Source: Lachnospiraceae bacterium (GTDB lineage Bacteria > Bacillota > Clostridia > Lachnospirales > Lachnospiraceae). From it: a stretch of 32,000 bases of DNA. This document shows positions 1-8,243 of this stretch, in pieces. Made by a program: the position numbers and the translations under genes. A model generated the notes under the pieces. It was not told where the DNA came from and did no database searches. It saw only the letters and a program-made list of their open reading frames with translations. Numbering within the stretch: position 1 is the stretch's first letter; each line of letters opens with the position of its first letter. Location of the stretch: positions 150,194 through 182,193 of the forward strand of contig JAKSPC010000002.1 in assembly GCA_024405155.1 (NCBI GenBank), given 5' to 3'.

Positions 1-242
1 CGCGCATCGGTCAGTGAGATCTCTACCTGATCCGCCTTACGGCAGGGACCAAGGATAGATACGTTGGCAAGTTCTCTCTTTGCGCCTACTACGGTGACTC
101 TTTCGTTGGACGCAAACTGTCCGGGCTGTGAAAGAGCTTTCTTCATGGTCAGCTCATATCCTTTTCCAAAAAGAGCCTCAAGGGTCTCCTTGGTTACGTG
201 TACGTGTCTTGCACTGGTCTCAACAATAAAATCTTTTGCCAT
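1..242 (-). CDS. pduL: Phosphate propanoyl/acetyl-transferase PduL, N-terminal ~80 codons; the gene runs off the left edge of the window
   Basis: Hand translation of the reverse strand from the ATG at 242-240 gives MAKDFIVETSARHVHVTKETLEALFGKGYELTMKKALSQPGQFASNERVTVVGAKRELANVSILGPCRKADQVEISLTDA. This carries the PduL repeat signature (SxRHVH ... LFG.GY.L ... LSQPGQFA ... LGP.R...QVEIS.TDA). A GGAGGA RBS lies at 250-255 (reverse complement). The ORF is absent from the ORF track because it is truncated by the window edge. Confidence 0.8.
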   Translation of the reverse strand, partial: MAKDFIVETSARHVHVTKETLEALFGKGYELTMKKALSQPGQFASNERVTVVGAKRELANVSILGPCRKADQVEISLTDA

Positions 243-262
243 TTTGGTATTCCTCCGGTTAT

Positions 263-595
263 TTAAAATTTTTCAAATCTTTCAACGTCTGTTACGAATA
301 CGGTAGCTCCGCCGATCTTTACCTTGACCGGTACCGTGGAACTGTTCATCATTCCCGTTCCGGAAATGTAGGGCATATTCACGGTGATATCCTGGCTCTG
401 ACCGCATTCTCTCTTTATGATGTCAATGATCTGCTCTACCTTGTCGTCTTCAGTCACGATCAGAAGCGTAACGTTTCCTTTTCTTAAAAAGCCACCCACG
501 GTGGAAAGCTTTGTAATATAGAAATGTTCCGCATTCAGAGCCGCAGTTACGTCATCTTCATTGTCGTTTCTTACGATCGCATATACGAGCTTCAT
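263..595 (-). CDS. darA: Cyclic-di-AMP receptor protein DarA/PstA (PII-like, YaaQ/DUF970 family)
   Basis: The 110-aa ORF is collinear with B. subtilis YaaQ/DarA. Shared elements are MKL..AIV at the N-terminus, TKL.T.GGFL..GN.T in the middle, and GGATVFV....F.KF at the C-terminus. The length is typical (109-110 aa). A GGAGG RBS lies just upstream. Confidence 0.9.
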   Translation of the reverse strand: MKLVYAIVRNDNEDDVTAALNAEHFYITKLSTVGGFLRKGNVTLLIVTEDDKVEQIIDIIKRECGQSQDITVNMPYISGTGMMNSSTVPVKVKIGGATVFVTDVERFEKF

Positions 596-619
596 AAAGA
601 CCTCCTTAAATATAGTCTA

Positions 620-648
620 TGCACACTATTCACACTTTGTGTTATAAT
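620..648 (+). promoter_or_regulatory. Putative sigma-A promoter for tmcAL
   Basis: -35 TGCACA (620-625), a 17-nt spacer, and an extended -10 TGtTATAAT (-10 hexamer 643-648). It lies ~42 nt upstream of the ATG at 691. No clear Shine-Dalgarno sequence precedes that ATG. Confidence 0.4.
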
Positions 649-690
649 ACCATAACGTAACTTATAAATCCATATGATTCCGAAAAAATC

Positions 691-1833
691 ATGAAAACCG
701 CAGCTATTATTTGTGAATATGATCCTTTCCACAACGGACATGCCTATCTGATCCGTAAAGCAAAAACGGAGCTTTGCTATGATCAGGTGATCTGCATCAT
801 GTCCGGCAATTTTGTGCAGAGAGGCGCGCCTGCCGTCTGCGACAAATATCAGCGTGCAAAATGGGCTCTTATGGCCGGTGCCGACCTGGTACTGGAGATC
901 CCGCCCGTCTTTGCCGCTTCTTCTGCCCGGGAATTTGCAGCCTGCGCAGTGCGCGCAGCTGTATCTTCCGGCATTGTGGACGGACTTCTGTTCGGTATCG
1001 AAGGTAACGTTTCTCTCGAGATGCTTAAGGAAGAAGCGAAAAAAGATATCTCTGCGGATTCCGAACAGATCAGAGATATGATGAAACAGGGAATGACTTA
1101 TCCCGAGGCACTCTCCGCTTCCGGGGAGTCCGGTCCGCAGTATTCTTCCAACAATATCCTTGCCGTGGAATACCTCAGGGAACTTGACAGACTTCACTCA
1201 TCCGTGACCCCCGTCCCCGTAAAGAGGATCGGCGATCCCTTTTCTTCCCGTGATCCCGCAGATAAGCGTTTTACTTCCGCAACGGCGATACGGGGACTGC
1301 TTACGGAAGGCGTGTCCGTTTCCTCTTACGTTCCCGGTTTTGTGGCCGCTGATCTGAAACGTCCGGTGGTTGCCGATGATCTGTCATCCATTCTCACCAA
1401 GGCACTTCTTACCGAGCCCGATCTTACCGTATTCCATGATGTTTCGCGTGAGATCGCCGGGCGTCTTGCCAACAGAAAAAACACGATCATGACTTTTACC
1501 GAAAGGATCGCAGATACGAAGACAAGGCAATACACTTATACCAGGATATCCCGGGCGCTCCTTCATATTTCGCTTGGTATGCGTGAAGATGAGTTTCTGA
1601 ACGCAAAAGAAAACGGTTATCTTCGATATCTTCGGATCCTCGGCCTCAGAAAGAACAGTCCTGTGTCATCTCTCCTCAAAAAAAACGCAGCCCTTCCCGT
1701 CATAGGAAGGACCGCGCAATATGCCGATCTGCTGGCCGGTGATATTTTGTACGACCAGATCTATTATTCCGTTTCCGGAGCAAAAGGGGAATTTGACCGC
1801 TCTCCCGTCGTCTTAGACTCTGACGATATCTGA
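691..1833 (+). CDS. tmcAL: tRNA(Met) cytidine acetate ligase TmcAL (YlbM/UPF0348 nucleotidyltransferase)
   Basis: The 380-aa ORF has motifs matching B. subtilis YlbM/TmcAL: EYDPFHNGH, MSGNFVQRGAPA, ADLVLEIP, NNILAVEYLRE, SATAIR, KTRQYTYTRISRALLHI and YLRILGL. Confidence 0.9.
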   Translation: MKTAAIICEYDPFHNGHAYLIRKAKTELCYDQVICIMSGNFVQRGAPAVCDKYQRAKWALMAGADLVLEIPPVFAASSAREFAACAVRAAVSSGIVDGLLFGIEGNVSLEMLKEEAKKDISADSEQIRDMMKQGMTYPEALSASGESGPQYSSNNILAVEYLRELDRLHSSVTPVPVKRIGDPFSSRDPADKRFTSATAIRGLLTEGVSVSSYVPGFVAADLKRPVVADDLSSILTKALLTEPDLTVFHDVSREIAGRLANRKNTIMTFTERIADTKTRQYTYTRISRALLHISLGMREDEFLNAKENGYLRYLRILGLRKNSPVSSLLKKNAALPVIGRTAQYADLLAGDILYDQIYYSVSGAKGEFDRSPVVLDSDDI

Positions 1834-2613
1834 AAGGCCGTTCTGCGGTGCGACTGTCACTCTGGTAAGTCCCGGGTGATACTCTGAAAGAACTTCCTGA
1901 AGCGCTGTCTGCGGTGTGTTGTTGGTCTCGGAAAGATGTCCCAGCAGCACGTGTTTCAGTCTGTCGGAATCGATCTCGCAAAGGAGCTGTCCGCAGCTGT
2001 AGTTGCTTGCGTGACCGCTGTCAGAAAAGATCCGTCTTTTCAAAAACATGGGGTACGGTCCTTCCATCAGCATCTCCGGATCGTGATTTGCCTCAATAAG
2101 CAAAGCGTCCAGTCCCGTGAGATTCTCTCTGATATAATCGTCATAGTGTCCGCAGTCCGTCATGACGCAGACTGCCACGTCTCTTCCGCATACGGCCTGT
2201 TCCTGTTCCAGCCGAAATCCCAGAGGCCCCATGGTATCGTGATAAATGCGGAACGGTCGGACAAGCGTGTTTCCGATATAGAAATCCGTATCGGCAGAGA
2301 TCAGCCGGATCCTGTCACCGCAGTAACGAAAGTATTCGTCCTTGGTAACGCCATACAGGCCGGAAGCCGTACCGTAAGAGGTATAGACGGGGATCCCGTA
2401 GGAATTCATCAGCCTTTTCAGTCCCCGGATATGATCCGCATGCTCGTGTGTCACCAGTACCGCATCTACCTCAGAGAGTGAAAGCCCCAGTTCCTTAAGC
2501 CCTTCGTCGATCTTTTTTGCGGTAATGCCGCAATCGATGAGAATGGTCTCCGTATCTGTTCTGACCAGTGTACAGTTGCCTTTGGAACCGCTGGAAAGGC
2601 TTACCATCATCAT
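1813..2613 (-). CDS. MBL-fold metallo-hydrolase (YycJ/WalJ-like beta-lactamase superfamily)
   Basis: The 266-aa ORF has SGSKGNC near the N-terminus and THEHADHIRG (the HxHxDH zinc motif). Its start codon overlaps the coaE stop (ATGA, 2610-2613). Confidence 0.85.
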   Translation of the reverse strand: MMMVSLSSGSKGNCTLVRTDTETILIDCGITAKKIDEGLKELGLSLSEVDAVLVTHEHADHIRGLKRLMNSYGIPVYTSYGTASGLYGVTKDEYFRYCGDRIRLISADTDFYIGNTLVRPFRIYHDTMGPLGFRLEQEQAVCGRDVAVCVMTDCGHYDDYIRENLTGLDALLIEANHDPEMLMEGPYPMFLKRRIFSDSGHASNYSCGQLLCEIDSDRLKHVLLGHLSETNNTPQTALQEVLSEYHPGLTRVTVAPQNGLSDIVRV

Positions 2614-3185
2614 AAGGCTTCCACCGCCTTTCTGATATTCTCTCTCAGTTCTTCCTGTCCCTCGCTGTTATCGATAACAACATCGGCAATGCTTTTCAGT
2701 TCGTCCTCGCTTTTTTGCCCGGAAATGACGGATTCCGCGTATTCTCTGGAATACCCGCGGGTTTTCATCAGACGCTCCACCCGCGTATCTTTGTCTGCCG
2801 TTACAAGAAGGATCCTGTCGCAGATACTGCAGAAATCCTTTCCCGGCAGCGCGGTCTCCACAAGATGATCCTTACCGGATTCTCCGGAAACGATCTTTTT
2901 TACCGCTTCCCATACCAGGGGATGAACGATGCTGTCGGAAATGTTCCTGTTCCGGTCCGAGCAGAATATCGTCTTCTTATAGTTTTCTTTGTCGATCTTT
3001 CCGTCCGGACCGTAGATCTCCGGTCCGAAAGCGTCCTTAAGAAGCCGTCTGCACTGATCGTTTTCATTCATGATCTGCTTTGCCAGTTCATCGGTACCTA
3101 TCGGAACGAAACCGTATTCATTTTTAAGAATATCGGCAGCGGTCGATTTTCCGCTGCCGATGCTTCCTGTAATACCAAGTACCAT
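2610..3185 (-). CDS. coaE: Dephospho-CoA kinase
   Basis: The 191-aa ORF has the P-loop GITGSIGSGKST at its N-terminus, and the overall CoaE length and layout. Confidence 0.9.
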   Translation of the reverse strand: MVLGITGSIGSGKSTAADILKNEYGFVPIGTDELAKQIMNENDQCRRLLKDAFGPEIYGPDGKIDKENYKKTIFCSDRNRNISDSIVHPLVWEAVKKIVSGESGKDHLVETALPGKDFCSICDRILLVTADKDTRVERLMKTRGYSREYAESVISGQKSEDELKSIADVVIDNSEGQEELRENIRKAVEAL

Positions 3186-3186
3186 A

Positions 3187-3894
3187 TTAAGTTCCCAGAT
3201 AAGCCTTTTTCACGTCTTCATTGTTCAGAAGCTCTTTTCCGGATCCCTGCATGGTGATGCGTCCTGTTTCCAGAACGTAGCCGATGTCTGCCGTTTTCAG
3301 TGCCATATTGGCATTCTGTTCCACCAGAAGGATCGTCACACCCTTTTCGTGAATGTCTCTGATAATGGAAAAGATATCCTGTACGATGATCGGTGCAAGT
3401 CCGAGCGAAGGCTCATCCATCATCAGCACTTCCGGTCTTGACATCAGCGCTCTTCCCACGGCAAGCATCTGCTGTTCACCGCCGGAAAGCGTACCGGCGT
3501 ACTGCCAGCTTCTTTCCTTCAGTCTGGGGAACAGATCGAATACCCACTTAAGGTCCTCTGTAAGGTCATCGTTTCTCAGATACGCTCCGATCTTCAGATT
3601 CTCCAGTACAGTCAGATCTGCGAAAACGCGTCTTCCTTCAGGCACCATGGTGATACCCTGTTTTACCACCTGATCGGAGGAAATACCGGTAATGTCCTTC
3701 CCGTTCCATTCAATATTGCCGCCCGAAGGTTTTACCAGACCGGAAATGGTGCGGAGAGTCGTTGACTTTCCGGCGCCGTTGGCTCCGATCAGAGTTACGA
3801 TCGATTTTTCGGGAACATCGAAGGTGATGCCCTTCACGGCTTCGATCCCGCCGTAGTTCACTCTTAAATCCCTGATCTTAAGCATCTTCTTCAC
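3187..3894 (-). CDS. livF: Branched-chain amino acid ABC transporter ATP-binding protein LivF
   Basis: The 235-aa ORF has Walker A GANGAGKST, signature LSGGEQQML and Walker B LMMDEPSLGLAP. It ends the five-gene liv-type cluster. Confidence 0.9.
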   Translation of the reverse strand: MKKMLKIRDLRVNYGGIEAVKGITFDVPEKSIVTLIGANGAGKSTTLRTISGLVKPSGGNIEWNGKDITGISSDQVVKQGITMVPEGRRVFADLTVLENLKIGAYLRNDDLTEDLKWVFDLFPRLKERSWQYAGTLSGGEQQMLAVGRALMSRPEVLMMDEPSLGLAPIIVQDIFSIIRDIHEKGVTILLVEQNANMALKTADIGYVLETGRITMQGSGKELLNNEDVKKAYLGT

Positions 3895-4768
3895 CTACTC
3901 CCAGATATGCGTTGATTACGTCTTCATTGTTCTGGATCTCCGTCGGAGTGCCTTCCGCGATCAGACGGCCGAACTCAAGCACGTAAATGCGCTCGGATAT
4001 ATTCATTACCAGATCCATATGATGCTCAATGATCAGAATGGTGTAATGATATTTGTCTCTGAGTTCACGGATAAACTCGGCAAGTTCCAGCGTTTCCTGG
4101 GGATTCATGCCTGCTGCGGGCTCATCCAGAAGCAGAAGCTCCGGATCGGTGGCCATGGCTCTGGCGATCTCCAGACGACGCTGTTTTCCGTAAGGAAGAC
4201 TGGTGGCCAGCTCGTCCTTTACGTCTTCCAGACCGACGACCCTCAGAAGTTCCAGGGAAGCTTCTCTCATCTGTGCTTCCTCGTCTTTGTTGAGTCCGAA
4301 GGTGGAAGTGAAATAATTGCTGGTCCTTCTTAAGTGTTTGGCTGTCAGGATGTTCTCAAATACGGTGCGGCTCTTGAAAAGCCGGATATTCTGGAACGTG
4401 CGGGCAATGCCCATTTGTGTGATCTTGTCGGGTGTCGGTTCCAGTACGGGAAGATTGATGTATTTTTCCGCATCTTTTCCGGAATACATCTTCTTCATCT
4501 TTCCCTGGGGATGATTCTGAATGATCTTCTTGCCCTTGAAATACACAGCGCCGTTTGTGGGTGCGTAAACGCCTGTAATGATATTGAAAGCCGTGGTCTT
4601 TCCCGCGCCGTTGGGGCCGATAAGAGAAACGATCTCTCCGTCATCCACATACATGTCAAGATCATTCACGGCGATCACACCGCCGAACTGGATCGTCGCG
4701 TTTTCCAGACGCAGCACGGAATCATTCAAATCATGCTGCTTGTTTACGTTCAGATGATTTCCTCCCAT
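3878..4768 (-). CDS. livG: Branched-chain amino acid ABC transporter ATP-binding protein LivG
   Basis: Walker A GPNGAGKTT, a LivG-type insertion, signature LPYGKQRRLEIARA and Walker B LLLDEPAAGMNP. The ORF track begins at 4849. The ATG at 4768-4766 is preceded by GGAGG at ~7 nt and overlaps the livM stop as TAATG, so I prefer it. The alternative start is 4849. Confidence 0.88.
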   Translation of the reverse strand: MGGNHLNVNKQHDLNDSVLRLENATIQFGGVIAVNDLDMYVDDGEIVSLIGPNGAGKTTAFNIITGVYAPTNGAVYFKGKKIIQNHPQGKMKKMYSGKDAEKYINLPVLEPTPDKITQMGIARTFQNIRLFKSRTVFENILTAKHLRRTSNYFTSTFGLNKDEEAQMREASLELLRVVGLEDVKDELATSLPYGKQRRLEIARAMATDPELLLLDEPAAGMNPQETLELAEFIRELRDKYHYTILIIEHHMDLVMNISERIYVLEFGRLIAEGTPTEIQNNEDVINAYLGVGEEDA

Positions 4769-5967
4769 TACTTCGCCTCCTTTTTGGAAAACAGAGACTT
4801 GATCTTCTTCGGGATCGAACGGATCCAGTTGAAGATATTCTTCGGCCACGCTTTTACCATTTCCAGCGTAAGCTCCTTGTCACCCATGATACCCTTCCGG
4901 AAGAACAGAACAACGATCATGATGATGACGGAGAATACAACGAGGCGGAAACCGTTCCGGAAGATCCCCGGCGCGCTGATGCCCAGCCATTTTCCGGAAT
5001 CCAGACCTCTGAGCCACCACTCTGAAGTGGAAATGAACAGGAAAGCGCCAATAACGGAACCGGAAATGGAACCGATACCGCCAAGCACTACCATGAGAAG
5101 GATCTCATAGGTCATTGCGGAACGGAAATTGGATGCCTGTGCGATGGAAAGCACCATTGCCATCATAGCTCCGGAAATGCCGGCAAAGAAGCTGGAGGTA
5201 CAGAAGGAAAGCATCTTGTGATGCGCCAGATCGATACCCATGGCTTCTGCAGCGATCTCATCGTCGCGGATCGCGACGAATGCTCTGCCGTATGTGGAAT
5301 TCTTAATAAGAACGATGATCCAGATGCATATGGTGGCGATCAGTACCGGTACAAACGTGGAAAGGGAAAGTGTGAAATCTCCTATCGCCAGCTTAAAGGT
5401 ACTGGTCCTTTCAAATCCTTTCAGAAGGTTGGAACCATTGGTAAGCGGTCCCAGCTTTGACCACTGGAAAATGGCTCGGATGATCTCCGCAAATCCCAGT
5501 GTTGCGATGGCCAGGTAGTCCGATTTCAGTTTCAGTACAGGAAGTCCGATCAGGTAAGCAAACAGACATGCGATCAGACCTGCAATGATCACGGCGATCA
5601 GCACGCCAAGTGCCGTTCCTGCAGGGCCTATCCCGTTGCTTAAGACTTCCGGAATGGAGAACCGGATCGCGGGATCATAGTACTGATAGACGTCTGCTCT
5701 AGCTGCGTCCGGAATGGTAAGCATGGCATACGTATAGGCACCGATCAGCATGAATCCTGCATGTCCAAGAGAAAACAGACCGGTAAAACCGTTCAGAAGG
5801 TTCATGGATACGGCAGCCAGCGCATAGACAGAACCCTTCTGAAGGACCGTAAGAAGCATGGACATGTTGTCCGTGGGCTTGATGACCTGATCCAGAAGGA
5901 GCACGATGCCTAAAAATACCAGAACGATAACGAGACTGATGAAGTTCTTTTTGTTATCTTTTTTCAT
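4768..5967 (-). CDS. livM: Branched-chain amino acid ABC transporter permease LivM
   Basis: The 399-aa polytopic hydrophobic ORF lies between livH and livG. Its layout is that of the LivM/BPD_transp_2 family. Confidence 0.88.
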   Translation of the reverse strand: MKKDNKKNFISLVIVLVFLGIVLLLDQVIKPTDNMSMLLTVLQKGSVYALAAVSMNLLNGFTGLFSLGHAGFMLIGAYTYAMLTIPDAARADVYQYYDPAIRFSIPEVLSNGIGPAGTALGVLIAVIIAGLIACLFAYLIGLPVLKLKSDYLAIATLGFAEIIRAIFQWSKLGPLTNGSNLLKGFERTSTFKLAIGDFTLSLSTFVPVLIATICIWIIVLIKNSTYGRAFVAIRDDEIAAEAMGIDLAHHKMLSFCTSSFFAGISGAMMAMVLSIAQASNFRSAMTYEILLMVVLGGIGSISGSVIGAFLFISTSEWWLRGLDSGKWLGISAPGIFRNGFRLVVFSVIIMIVVLFFRKGIMGDKELTLEMVKAWPKNIFNWIRSIPKKIKSLFSKKEAK

Positions 5968-5979
5968 AACGCACCTCCA

Positions 5980-6906
5980 TCAGACTTTGTCCGTCTGCTT
6001 CTCACCGAACAGGCCCATGGGTTTGAATACCAGGATGATGATAAGCAGAATGAACGTGAATGCATCAGAGAACGTTGCAAAACCGATCTGTTCCGCAATG
6101 ACTCCCTGAGACATAAGAATGGTATCCAGACCCTTTATGAGACTTTCGCAGATACCGATAATGAAAGCTCCGATCACGGCACCCGGGATGGATCCGATCC
6201 CTCCGAACACGGCTGCGACAAAGGCCTTCAGACCGGGCATGCCGCCGGAAGTGGGTACTACGCCGGGATAGTTGGTAAAGAACAGCATGGAACCGATGGC
6301 AGCCAGGAAGGAACCGATAATGAACGTGATGGAAATTACGTTATTTATCTTGATGCCCATCAGCTGTGCCGTTTCGAAGTCTTTGGAAACAGCGCGCATG
6401 GCCATGCCGATCTTGGTATGGTTGATCACCCATACAAGGATAAGCACAAGTGCAATGGTAACAAAAGGAGTGATCACGGTAACTCTGGTCGTCGTTGCGC
6501 CAAAGATGGTGATCTTGTCGGAGATCCAGGGGATCTCGGGATAGTTCTTGTTAAGTCCGCCGGTAATGTACAGTGCCAGATTCTGCAGCAGGTAACTTAC
6601 GCCAATGGCAGAGATCATAACGGACATTCTGGGTGCGGTCCTTAAAGGCTTGTACGCCACACGCTCAATGGTGAATCCCAAAGCAACAGTAAGAATGATC
6701 ATGACGGGGATCGCCAGATAGAGAGGCAGTGAAGCCGCCAGATAGACCATGGAAAGACCTGCTACCATGAACACGTCACCGTGTGCAAAGTTTATGAGAC
6801 GCAGGATACCGTATACCATGGTATATCCGATCGCGATCAGCGCATACTGACCGCCTACGGAAATTCCCGATAATATGTACGGGAATATTGTTTGCCATAA
6901 ACTCAT
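5980..6906 (-). CDS. livH: Branched-chain amino acid ABC transporter permease LivH
   Basis: The 308-aa polytopic ORF carries LivH-like motifs (GLNKNYP, INFAHGD, AFVAAVFGGIGSIPGA). Confidence 0.88.
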   Translation of the reverse strand: MSLWQTIFPYILSGISVGGQYALIAIGYTMVYGILRLINFAHGDVFMVAGLSMVYLAASLPLYLAIPVMIILTVALGFTIERVAYKPLRTAPRMSVMISAIGVSYLLQNLALYITGGLNKNYPEIPWISDKITIFGATTTRVTVITPFVTIALVLILVWVINHTKIGMAMRAVSKDFETAQLMGIKINNVISITFIIGSFLAAIGSMLFFTNYPGVVPTSGGMPGLKAFVAAVFGGIGSIPGAVIGAFIIGICESLIKGLDTILMSQGVIAEQIGFATFSDAFTFILLIIILVFKPMGLFGEKQTDKV

Positions 6907-6923
6907 ATTAAACCCTCTGATTT

Positions 6924-6954
6924 CAAAATGGCGGGAGCCTTTCAGGCCCCCGCC
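6924..6954 (-). terminator. Intra-operon hairpin (probable partial terminator or mRNA stabiliser) between livJ and livH
   Basis: The minus strand reads GGCGGGGGCC-TGAAA-GGCTCCCGCC. The stem is 10 positions long with one G:U pair and one mismatch, and is followed by ATTTTG. It lies 23 nt after the livJ stop. The U-tract is short, so read-through is expected. Confidence 0.5.
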
Positions 6955-6976
6955 TCAAAAACTTTGTTCTGAATAC

Positions 6977-8140
6977 TTACTGAGCCTTGGCTTCTGTTAC
7001 GAAATCCCAAACTCCTGTAGTTGTGTTGCATTTCTTAACGAATGCGGAATCTCTCTTTGCATCGCCGATCTCGTCGAATGCGATCGCTCCGGTAACGCCG
7101 GTGTACTCAAGTGAAGGAAGAACTTCCAGCACCTTTGCAGGATCTGTGGTACCTGCTTTCTTTACGGCTTCCAGAGCTACGTAGTAAGCGTCGTAACCCA
7201 TTGCGGTAACTGCAGCCAGCTCATCGTTTCCGCCGTTATTGGACTTTGCGGTAGCGTCGGAATTGATCCATGCCTTGATGCCGTTATCAAATTCGGGATT
7301 AGCACCTTCCTGATAGAAGGTCGTTACGTTGATGTCCAGATCGGAACCCTTTGCAGCTTCCAGGATAACGTTGGAATCCCAGGTGTCGCCGGCAAGGATG
7401 GGCATGCCCAGAGACTGTGCGGAAGCCTTCTTGATGATCTGTGCGGCAGCTTCTGTGGAAACGGGTGCAAAGAATACGTTGCAGCCCTGGTTCTGCGCAT
7501 TGGTCACATAAGTGGAGAAGTCGGAAGTATCAGCGGGGAACTGCTCATATACGCAGTTGTCAGCGCCGAATGCTTCGATAAAGTAGTTGCAGAGTCCGCC
7601 TGAATAGTCATCGCCCTGCTTTGCAAGGCAGTATGCCTTGGTTGCGCCGTTAGCCTTTGCAAAGTTTGCAAGTACGGTACCCTGGAAGGGATCCAGGAAG
7701 CAGATACGATAATATACGTCACAGCCGGAAGTGACCTGCGGGTTGGTGCAGGTAACGCCGATGGCCGGAACCTTTGCTGCAGAGAAGGTATCGCCTGCTG
7801 CAATGGAAACACCGGAACCATAGGAACCGAGTACCACGGATACACCGCCGGAGATCAGCGTCTGTGCTGCTGACGGAGCCTTATCATTTGAAGATGCATT
7901 ATCTGCATAAACGAGCTCAACTTTATAGGTCTCGCCGCCGATCTCTACGGTAGGAGTTTTGGTAAGTGCATACTGCATGCCAAGGATCTCCTGCTTTCCG
8001 CCGGCACCGTTGTCACCTGACTGCGGCTCGAAAACACCGATCTTAACTGTCTTTTCTGAACTTGATGATCCTGAACTGCAACCTACAAGTGCTGCAGCCA
8101 TCATGCAAAGTACCAGTCCGAGTGCTACAAAACGTTTCAT
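6977..8140 (-). CDS. livJ: Branched-chain amino acid ABC transporter substrate-binding lipoprotein (LivJ/K-type, Peripla_BP_6)
   Basis: The 387-aa ORF has a signal peptide with lipobox LVGC followed by SSGSSSS. It has the type I periplasmic binding fold pattern and is the first gene of the liv cluster. Confidence 0.85.
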   Translation of the reverse strand: MKRFVALGLVLCMMAAALVGCSSGSSSSEKTVKIGVFEPQSGDNGAGGKQEILGMQYALTKTPTVEIGGETYKVELVYADNASSNDKAPSAAQTLISGGVSVVLGSYGSGVSIAAGDTFSAAKVPAIGVTCTNPQVTSGCDVYYRICFLDPFQGTVLANFAKANGATKAYCLAKQGDDYSGGLCNYFIEAFGADNCVYEQFPADTSDFSTYVTNAQNQGCNVFFAPVSTEAAAQIIKKASAQSLGMPILAGDTWDSNVILEAAKGSDLDINVTTFYQEGANPEFDNGIKAWINSDATAKSNNGGNDELAAVTAMGYDAYYVALEAVKKAGTTDPAKVLEVLPSLEYTGVTGAIAFDEIGDAKRDSAFVKKCNTTTGVWDFVTEAKAQ

Positions 8141-8214
8141 AATTCAAATCCTCCAATTTACTTTTGTAAATTTTATCCCCCTGAACGAACGGGTTCATGG
8201 TTACATAATTCGGG

Positions 8215-8243
8215 ATTATAGCACTCTGCCTAATTAAAGTACA
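8215..8243 (-). promoter_or_regulatory. Possible promoter of the liv operon (extended -10)
   Basis: The minus strand has TGcTATAAT (-10 at 8220-8215, TG at 8223-8222). The -35 is weak (TGTACT, 8243-8238) and lies inside the 3' end of the upstream small ORF. Confidence 0.35.

Noticed and set aside
4769-4849. A 27-codon N-terminal extension of livG given by the ORF track.
   Set aside because: The extension overlaps the 3' end of livM in another frame. The internal ATG at 4768 has a well-spaced GGAGG and forms the typical TAATG stop-start junction. The extension has no ABC-ATPase homology.
8141-8233. A possible T-box, riboswitch or leader upstream of the liv operon.
   Set aside because: Only 93 nt are available. 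I found no T-box motif, no specifier-loop architecture and no terminator/antiterminator pair. There is only a weak 5-bp hairpin (TGAAC...GTTCA), a promoter-like element and an RBS.
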